IMG/VR virus record: IMGVR_UViG_3300031576_000042
Location: 1 to 62,920 of that record
Source: a virus
Lineage: Duplodnaviria; Caudoviricetes
Reading direction: 5' to 3' (one strand)
DNA: 62,920 bases
Shown: positions 56,187 through 62,920 of the stretch, piece after piece
Layout: each line of letters starts with the position of its first letter
How positions within the stretch are numbered: the first letter of the stretch is position 1
The notes under the pieces: model-generated
What the model saw: only the letters and a program-made list of their open reading frames with translations
Databases searched by the model: none
Told to the model about the DNA's origin: nothing
Made by a program: the position numbers and the translations under genes

Positions 56187-56873
56187 ATGGCTGAAGAATT
56201 TACAGTAATTCCTGAGTTTGAGTTTGTTGAAGCTAATGTCTACAAAACTCAACAGACAACATTTGAGATGGGCTACGTACAGACTCGTGCATACTGGATA
56301 CAACCGAAAAGAATATTCACGCTGAATTGGTCAGCGCTGCTTACAGCCGACAAAGAAAAGATCGCGTCATTCTTTAGGTACCAAGTAGGTGCTGCTGGGC
56401 AGTTCGTGTATAAGCCTGCCGATCCAGTTAGCACACCAGACTTTCCTGGCACACCTGGCACAGCCACCCAGACACTTGGTGCTTATGGCGTGAGAACATA
56501 TTACTACGCCTTATCATGGGTAACAGCTCTTGGTGAGACTAAAACGTCTGACGTGCGAACCTTTGCATTACAGGCTAACAAACTATTTACTTTTCTGTCT
56601 CCTCGCTTTCCAACGAATGTCACTATAGCCAGGCTTTATGTTGCTATTTCTGCTTCAGTGGCTCTTCAGGTAGAGATTACAGTGTCTGGCGCTTCTTGGA
56701 CTGAGCCTGACAAGCCTGCTTCGTCGGATGGATTAGGCTCTGGCTCAAGCCCGCCTACAACCAATACTGCTTATGAAAAGGTTAATGTTCACTCCTTGGG
56801 AGACGAGATTACTTTTCGTAAAGTCTCTCCAGTAAGTTATTCTCATCAGCTTGTTTTTGAAGAGATATTGTGA
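56187..56873 (+). CDS. Distal tail protein (gpM/Dit-like) with inserted domain
   Basis: T.FEMGYVQTR....P.RIFTLNW..L....E.I.SFF....G....F.Y. Confidence 0.65.
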   Translation: MAEEFTVIPEFEFVEANVYKTQQTTFEMGYVQTRAYWIQPKRIFTLNWSALLTADKEKIASFFRYQVGAAGQFVYKPADPVSTPDFPGTPGTATQTLGAYGVRTYYYALSWVTALGETKTSDVRTFALQANKLFTFLSPRFPTNVTIARLYVAISASVALQVEITVSGASWTEPDKPASSDGLGSGSSPPTTNTAYEKVNVHSLGDEITFRKVSPVSYSHQLVFEEIL

Positions 56874-57199
56874 GAACACTTTCTTCTACGATTCTTGAAG
56901 GTGCTAACAAGCTGAATCAACGTGGGGCCTGGTGTTACCTCTTTGACATAGTTATCAACTCGACGACTACTGAGCGGTTCACGAATCATCCTCACCCGAT
57001 TACTTATAGCGGAGTGACGTACCAGCCTTTTCCTGTGACAGTCAGTGAGATCAAAGAAACGTCTAAGCCAGAAATGAAGACGTTTCAAATTACTGTCGCC
57101 AACATAGATCGTAGAATTGCCTCGTACCTCGAGTCTGGGTACATAATTGGTAATAACATTACCTTGACTAAAATCTTCTTGAACCGTGGCCAAACCTAA
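56870..57199 (+). CDS. N-terminal part of gpL-like tail-tip protein
   Basis: RFTN....ITYSGVTYQPFPV........P...ITVANIDR. Confidence 0.6.
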   Translation: MRTLSSTILEGANKLNQRGAWCYLFDIVINSTTTERFTNHPHPITYSGVTYQPFPVTVSEIKETSKPEMKTFQITVANIDRRIASYLESGYIIGNNITLTKIFLNRGQT

Positions 57200-58994
57200 G
57201 ATACCAAGGATCAACTGGGCAGACCCCCTTGCGAAAGGACTCATTCTTGCTGTCCCTATCAATGAAGGGTATGGCTTTGCGTTTGATTATGGCCTAAATA
57301 AGGGTGTTGGCACGTTAAACGGTAGTGCAGCATGGGCACAAGATGAAGACGGTTGGTGTGTTGATTTCAACCGATCGACAACAACGTATATTGATATCCC
57401 GTACAATCCAATCTTCAATGTGCCCAATATTACAGTAGCTTGTCTTTGTGTTTATGATACCGCTGGGCACACACTATCAACTGCGGTGTCAAAGTGGGAC
57501 GGGACTAACAATTCTTTCTTGCTTGGGCTTGGAAGCACGGCAGACACCTTTAGGTTTGCTCCCTACGTTAGCGATGGTCTTCGCAACGGACAAAGTGATG
57601 CTTCGTACTTTTCTGCTGGAGCCAAACGATTTCTTGTTGGTACGTTCAATGGTACGGCAACAAAGCTGTTTATTGACGGAATAGAAGCAGGCTCTACAAG
57701 TCAGACACCAAATGCACCGCTTGATCCAGATCCAGTGTCTATTCGTATAGGCGGAAGGAACAGCGCTACTACTGGGCACTTCTGGGATGGAAAAATACAT
57801 TTGGTCTTGCTGTACAACTACGCAATGCATGACAACAGCATTGTAGAATTGGCGCAAGATCCCTATCGTATTTTCTATACCCGAAAATATTTTCAGATTC
57901 AGCAGCTCGTTCAAGTAGGTACGGCTGGTTTTGCACAGATAAACGTTATAGCTTTAACGCCAACTGTGGTAACGCCAACTGTTGGTATAGCTGGCCTTGC
58001 ATTGATTAACGTCAATGCTCTATCCTCTACTGGGCTTCTATCTCAGGCTGACGTGGTATTGGCTACTACGGAGACATATCAGATTCTCAAGGCAGAGTCC
58101 ACTCCTGGTGGAGCATTTTTTGTTTTGGATGTTGGTCAAGAGAACCTTTTCAAGTACCAGCTTCCGTACAACATTTGGCATGATGCCAGATGTGAGCATG
58201 TTTATCGTTCTGTCGGGCAGTGTGATTACGGTAGGAGCGAGTTCGAGGGCCTTGAGAAAATGGATATCAAGACGGGCGGTGACGGCGATAAAAAGATTCA
58301 GGGCTGGTTCGCACGTAATTTTGGCAGCACTGATATAGTATTTGCGGATATTCATATTACCAATGGAAACTACTATTCTGTAAAGTTAAAATCAATCGCT
58401 AATTTTAGGTGGAACCCAGGTGCTCAAACTGCTCCATGGTTGTACAAGAAATTTGCCGCAACTAATTTTACATTTGAGCTTGATACGAGTGGTGATGGAA
58501 ACGAGTCTGAAGAATCTGAGGGATACTTGATTGCTAAGGATGGATCTGATACTCCGTCGGTATGGCTGCACTTTAGGAAGCAGTACAAGATGGGAGTGAA
58601 CCATATCGTTGCGAGCAAGTGTACAGACGGATTCACTGAGGATACGATCTTTGACGTTTTAGCTGGCTCAGACAAACTGCTGAAGATAGAGAAGATCAAT
58701 GAAGTTTTTAACTTCTATACAAGACCAAGCGATGCTGTAGCATGGGTGAAAAATGGATCAACTACTGTAGAGGACTTAAACAACGTACCTCTTCGTATTG
58801 GATTAGCAGCTTGTACAAACTCTGCTGCTCGTACAACTGACTTCACCGCAAAGTTTGATTACTTCCGATTGCTTTCTGGTGGTCTGGCCACTTGTGATAA
58901 CGTACTAGATGGGACTAATGGATGTAGGGCGCACGACAATTCAAGACGCTATGGTGGTGCTCCTGGAATCTTGAAAGGACCGATCATTTTATAA
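57186..58994 (+). CDS. LamG/ConA domain fused to C-terminal part of gpL-like protein (four Cys, probable Fe-S ligands)
   Basis: VGTFNG....LFIDG, RIGG...FWDGKI (LamG); RCEHVY...QCDY ... TCDNVLDGTNGCRAHDN.RRYGGAPGI. Confidence 0.65.
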   Translation: MAKPKIPRINWADPLAKGLILAVPINEGYGFAFDYGLNKGVGTLNGSAAWAQDEDGWCVDFNRSTTTYIDIPYNPIFNVPNITVACLCVYDTAGHTLSTAVSKWDGTNNSFLLGLGSTADTFRFAPYVSDGLRNGQSDASYFSAGAKRFLVGTFNGTATKLFIDGIEAGSTSQTPNAPLDPDPVSIRIGGRNSATTGHFWDGKIHLVLLYNYAMHDNSIVELAQDPYRIFYTRKYFQIQQLVQVGTAGFAQINVIALTPTVVTPTVGIAGLALINVNALSSTGLLSQADVVLATTETYQILKAESTPGGAFFVLDVGQENLFKYQLPYNIWHDARCEHVYRSVGQCDYGRSEFEGLEKMDIKTGGDGDKKIQGWFARNFGSTDIVFADIHITNGNYYSVKLKSIANFRWNPGAQTAPWLYKKFAATNFTFELDTSGDGNESEESEGYLIAKDGSDTPSVWLHFRKQYKMGVNHIVASKCTDGFTEDTIFDVLAGSDKLLKIEKINEVFNFYTRPSDAVAWVKNGSTTVEDLNNVPLRIGLAACTNSAARTTDFTAKFDYFRLLSGGLATCDNVLDGTNGCRAHDNSRRYGGAPGILKGPIIL

Positions 58995-59006
58995 GCCGCT
59001 TATATT

Positions 59007-59438
59007 ATGGTCGTGACACGGCAGAGGATAAGGGATATCTCGACACAGCTACTTAATATCCCTTATAAACACCTTGGAAGAAGAAGAGAAGAGGGCCTTG
59101 ATTGCTATGGTCTTGTACTCGTATTCTACGAGATGCTTGGATTGCCGTTACGCCCATACGTTCCGCCTTACGACAAGCTTTGGTACACCACGTATAATCT
59201 TATAGAGGAAAATGCAATTGATTTTGCTCCTATTGTTACTCCTCGAGCTGGCTGTGTTATGTCAGCCAAAATTGGTACGACGAAGTATCCAAACCATCTT
59301 ATGGTGTGCATTGATAGTAGCTACGTACTCAATACCGATCAGTACGCTGGCACCTATCTTTTTCGTTGGTACGCAGTAAGAAATAAAATTGCTGGATGCT
59401 ATGAACGAATTGGATTGCAAGTCATTGATTCAGTGTAA
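59007..59438 (+). CDS. NlpC/P60 tail-tip assembly protein (gpK-like)
   Basis: IPYKHLGR..EGLDCYGLV, NHLMV; between gpL-like and gpI/J-like genes. Confidence 0.85.
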   Translation: MVVTRQRIRDISTQLLNIPYKHLGRRREEGLDCYGLVLVFYEMLGLPLRPYVPPYDKLWYTTYNLIEENAIDFAPIVTPRAGCVMSAKIGTTKYPNHLMVCIDSSYVLNTDQYAGTYLFRWYAVRNKIAGCYERIGLQVIDSV

Positions 59439-62400
59439 GGAGAGAATTTCTCCTACTGAGTCAGAACGAGTCTACTTTCTTCGCCATGAAGATTGCATGG
59501 GTAAGACTGTCTACGAGCTGCTGCCCGAAGACTTGGTTAATTCTGATGTGGTTGTCCAAATCACGTTGAACAATGTTGAGCTAAATGATGAGCAATTACA
59601 TACGACATATGTCGCGCCAGGTGACGAGCTGATCTATCGTGTAGTGCCTACGATCCCTGGGCTAACTACTGTTGTGGTTGTGAAGTTCATTATTCTTACT
59701 GCGATTGGTATCGGACTGAATTTTTTAATTCAGGCTATTATCGGCTCGCCGAGAAAGCCGAGGAGTGGTAAGGATTCTCCACACTATAGCTTTGATACAC
59801 CTGAAAACACTACACGTAATGGTACACCTATTATGCTCTGCTATGGAGAGGTGCGTGTAGCTGGGCATGTTCTTCAAGCCAAGACAGTAATCAATAGTGA
59901 AGGAAAGACTGAGCTGTTTATCCTTCTTGCGCTTGGTGAGGGCGGAGAACGTGGCTGGCAGGACATTCTTGGATTTACTCAAGACGTAGATGATCAGGTT
60001 GCTCCAAACACTCTCTTTGTTAATGGGACGCCAGCATCTTCGTATAGTGGGCTTACAGTCTCTGTTCGTCTTGGTACTAAGCATCAAGCAATCATTCCTG
60101 GTTTTGAAGATACAGTTGTGCTGTCTACCCCGTATGAAATTGTGGTGCCACAAGCTACACCATTTCTTTACACAACAATAAATGATGTCCATGAAATAGA
60201 GTTCAAGTTGAATTTTACTCGTGGATTATTTCGTTCTTCTAAGAGTGGTCTCGATAACAAGTCGGTTTCTTATCTTGTTCGTTATCGTCAAGTAGGCACT
60301 GTCATTTGGTTTGGTACGACCACAAAAACACTTACTGAGAGAACATCTTCACCATTCAAGATTTCTTATCGAATTCAAAATCTTGCGCTAGCCAAATATG
60401 AAGTTGAGGTACAGCGAGTCAGTGCTGACCCACCTGGGACTGATGGTGGTGTGTTTGAAATCTCCGAGTTCAATGAGATCATCAATGATGATATTGCTTA
60501 TGTCGGTAAAGCTTTGCTAGGGATCAAAGCGATTGCAACCGATCAGCTCCATGGAACACCACCGAGCTTTACAGCACTGTGCAAGGCATTAAAAGTTCGT
60601 GTGTACACAACACTGACATCATATACTTACCAATGGTCCCAGAATATGTCTTGGATTCTCTTGGATCTTCTTATAAATCCAAGATCAGCTTTGTCTCGAG
60701 TGATCAACATCAGTGAAATTAACGCACAGTCTTTTATTGATTACGGAGCGTACTGTTCGATTCAAGTACCTAATGAGAATATTACATCCTCAGAGGATCG
60801 GATTCAGTGCGATATCATTATTGACCAAGTGCGTCCTGCCTGGGATTGGGTGTATGATCTTGCTATAACAGGCAATGCTTCTATGTTCCGGACTAGTGGG
60901 ACGTATGAGGTCAAAGCAAATGCTGTGTTGTCTCCTGTGATGATGTTTAACGGTGGTAATTGTAATAATCTCAAAGTTGGATACACACCAATTAAGGAGC
61001 GTGTCAACTACGTTGAGTCTCATTTCTTTGATAAGATATTAGATTTCAGAGAGAATGTAATCACTGCGATTGATCCTGCTGTCACGGATACGGCTACCTA
61101 TATCAAAGAATCCGTAGAATACATTGGAGTGTCTCGTAGATCTCAGGCGCTCAGACTATCGAATCAACGAATCAATGCTGGTAAGCTGTCCAAGCGCTAC
61201 GCTTCTTGGGATACGGACATCTTTACCATGCGTGTCACTCCAAGTGATATGGTGGAGGTGGCTGATGAGAACGTGCTATGGGGTCTGTATAGCGGTCGTG
61301 TGAAGTCTGGTGCGGCTACCGCTGTCTTTACAGACCGTGAGATTGTTATTGAGGCTGGCAAACTGTACTATGTTCGTGTTTGGCATACAATTCCAGGTAC
61401 GTTTGAAGAGAGAACTTTACTTAACAATTCTGGTATTACTACAATAGTAGCTACCACAGGTGCTTTTAATACCACTCCTGTTGCTGGTGATTTCTATACG
61501 ATTGGCGAAGTTAACCAACTCATGCGGCAGATGCAAATTACGGACATCACGCAGAAGGATGACTTCACTTACTCAATCTTTGCTCTCGAATATAGCCCGC
61601 TTATATTCTCGGATGCAATAGTTGCCTTACCTGAGCAGATTGTTTCTGTTGGCTTTGATGCTCGTCTTCCTCCTCCTGACGTTACTAACCTGTCTGCTAC
61701 AGAACGAGTGATACAGCTCCAGGATGGTTCACTTGAATTTGCTCTTGACGTTTCTTGGACGCCACCTGCTAGTCCTATCCTTGCTGGGTATCTTGTTTGG
61801 ATTCGTACACTAGGATCGTCGACATTTCCTCAGAGTCCTCGTACAAGCGCGGTAAAGGGCAACTACGTTCGTGTTGACGGTGATTTACTAAGGAACGAAA
61901 CATACGAGGTTACTGTAACTCCTGTCTCTATTTTTGGAGTACGTAAGTCTCCAGAAGTTACTCCACGAGTAAGTCTCAAGATTCTCGGCTCTACTACTCG
62001 CCCACCTGACGTTACCGGGTATCAGGTGTCTCGTGTTGGTGATACACTTGTTCATTCATGGAATTCGGTGCTTGAAACAAGCACAGTCTATGAGATCCGT
62101 ACAGGTGCTAACTGGGATTCAGGTGTTGTGGTTGTTACGGATTGGACATCTGTATCATATGAAACTAGCTTGTTCTTCGCTGATACGGTCACTGCCTTTA
62201 CCCAGACGTTTTTGATTAAGGCAAAGAACTCAAGTGGAATCTACTCACTCAACGCTACGTCAGTGGCGATCTCTATTGATCCAAAGCTAGACGCTAATCT
62301 TATTCTCACTCGCAATGAGCAGGTCTTAGCTTCTATTGGAATTAACGATGCAACCAATGCTACGCCGATTGTAATTACGACCGCTGGTAATCATGGCTAT

Positions 62401-62920
62401 TCCAATGGGGATGTGATTACAGTTTATGGTGTGCTTGGCAACACGGCCGCGAATGGTAGACGGACTATTGCAGGAGTCACATCTACGACCTTCCAACTTA
62501 GTGGCTCTGTTGGCAACGGAGCATACATAGCGGGTGCTGGAGACTTTGCTATCAAGAGCTGGAATGGCGTACGAGTCAACATGGATGTTGGCAGCATTGG
62601 GCCAACTGAGTACCTTCAGCTTAACGATTCCACATCACCGTACTCTGGCACATATGAGACGCCAGAGATTGATCTTGGTGCCACGTATAGGACTATCGTT
62701 ACAACACTTGCTCAGGTAACTCAGATTGATACTACGATGACGTGGGCTAATGCCACATTCACTTGGGGGTCTGCTGAGGCGCAAAATCGTACCTGGGGTG
62801 GCCCGGTCAACCAGAACAACCTGACGCTACTAATTGAAGCTAAGTATGGTACGTCAACTCCGATTAGTGCCTCTTATGAGGAGTTTATTCCAACGGAGCG
62901 ATCGATTAGATACGCCAGGT
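59401..62920 (+). CDS. gpI+gpJ-like tail-tip/host-specificity protein (runs off window, finishes at 530; ~1280 aa in the circle)
   Basis: Open frame from ATG 59401: ubiquitin-like PGDELIYRVVP, hydrophobic segment, YSF...N....GTPIMLCYGEVRVAG, LALGEG, ALLGIKAIATDQL, WS.N.SW.L.D, FN3-like PPDVT repeats. Confidence 0.85.
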   Translation, partial: MNELDCKSLIQCKERISPTESERVYFLRHEDCMGKTVYELLPEDLVNSDVVVQITLNNVELNDEQLHTTYVAPGDELIYRVVPTIPGLTTVVVVKFIILTAIGIGLNFLIQAIIGSPRKPRSGKDSPHYSFDTPENTTRNGTPIMLCYGEVRVAGHVLQAKTVINSEGKTELFILLALGEGGERGWQDILGFTQDVDDQVAPNTLFVNGTPASSYSGLTVSVRLGTKHQAIIPGFEDTVVLSTPYEIVVPQATPFLYTTINDVHEIEFKLNFTRGLFRSSKSGLDNKSVSYLVRYRQVGTVIWFGTTTKTLTERTSSPFKISYRIQNLALAKYEVEVQRVSADPPGTDGGVFEISEFNEIINDDIAYVGKALLGIKAIATDQLHGTPPSFTALCKALKVRVYTTLTSYTYQWSQNMSWILLDLLINPRSALSRVINISEINAQSFIDYGAYCSIQVPNENITSSEDRIQCDIIIDQVRPAWDWVYDLAITGNASMFRTSGTYEVKANAVLSPVMMFNGGNCNNLKVGYTPIKERVNYVESHFFDKILDFRENVITAIDPAVTDTATYIKESVEYIGVSRRSQALRLSNQRINAGKLSKRYASWDTDIFTMRVTPSDMVEVADENVLWGLYSGRVKSGAATAVFTDREIVIEAGKLYYVRVWHTIPGTFEERTLLNNSGITTIVATTGAFNTTPVAGDFYTIGEVNQLMRQMQITDITQKDDFTYSIFALEYSPLIFSDAIVALPEQIVSVGFDARLPPPDVTNLSATERVIQLQDGSLEFALDVSWTPPASPILAGYLVWIRTLGSSTFPQSPRTSAVKGNYVRVDGDLLRNETYEVTVTPVSIFGVRKSPEVTPRVSLKILGSTTRPPDVTGYQVSRVGDTLVHSWNSVLETSTVYEIRTGANWDSGVVVVTDWTSVSYETSLFFADTVTAFTQTFLIKAKNSSGIYSLNATSVAISIDPKLDANLILTRNEQVLASIGINDATNATPIVITTAGNHGYSNGDVITVYGVLGNTAANGRRTIAGVTSTTFQLSGSVGNGAYIAGAGDFAIKSWNGVRVNMDVGSIGPTEYLQLNDSTSPYSGTYETPEIDLGATYRTIVTTLAQVTQIDTTMTWANATFTWGSAEAQNRTWGGPVNQNNLTLLIEAKYGTSTPISASYEEFIPTERSIRYAR
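62714..62920. repeat. Terminal direct repeat / circular overlap (copy 2)
   Basis: Matches 1-207 with one mismatch. Confidence 0.95.

Noticed and set aside
59007-59438. NlpC/P60 as the endolysin
   Set aside because: Occupies the gpK position between L- and I/J-like genes
526-61604. Palindrome copies as a CRISPR array or dif/lox sites
   Set aside because: Dispersed at kb spacing without spacers; 13-bp core with a 1-nt centre does not fit tyrosine-recombinase site geometry; no recombinase or cas genes

Overview
The window is an apparently complete, circularly assembled ~62.7 kb tailed-phage genome. Positions 1-207 repeat at 62714-62920 with one mismatch. It is siphovirus-like, with an HK97-type head and a lambda-like tail tip, and essentially all credible genes lie on the + strand. 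Layout: (1) ParB, XRE, SSB-like, resolvase-like, RecA, SNF2, PolA, DnaB, primase Zn-finger and Ski2-like helicase genes (2-18.7 kb). (2) An AT-rich control region with sigma54-type promoters, then an early-like region with DUF932 (18.7-25.5 kb). (3) A conserved-looking 245-aa protein followed by a ~325-nt structured RNA (25.5-26.6 kb). (4) A GC-rich cluster of small ORFs including an Acb2/Tad1-like protein (26.6-33.6 kb). (5) Terminase, then a 10.5-kb insert of glycan-active and accessory virion genes, then portal, protease, capsid and tail. No integrase, ParA, primase catalytic domain or endolysin was recognised. The most striking signal is the RNA at ~26266-26590. It contains two circularly permuted, anticodon-less tRNA modules (T-arm, 3' acceptor strand, GCCATGT loop, 5' acceptor strand, D-arm) held in long-range helices and closed by a terminator. 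This is a Y-RNA-like topology, but it has a non-Ro60 neighbour. The second signal is a 13-bp palindrome, ATAAGCNGCTTAT, with about 32 copies (10 perfect) in both intergenic and coding DNA. All family assignments come from motif recognition by eye, not database searches.
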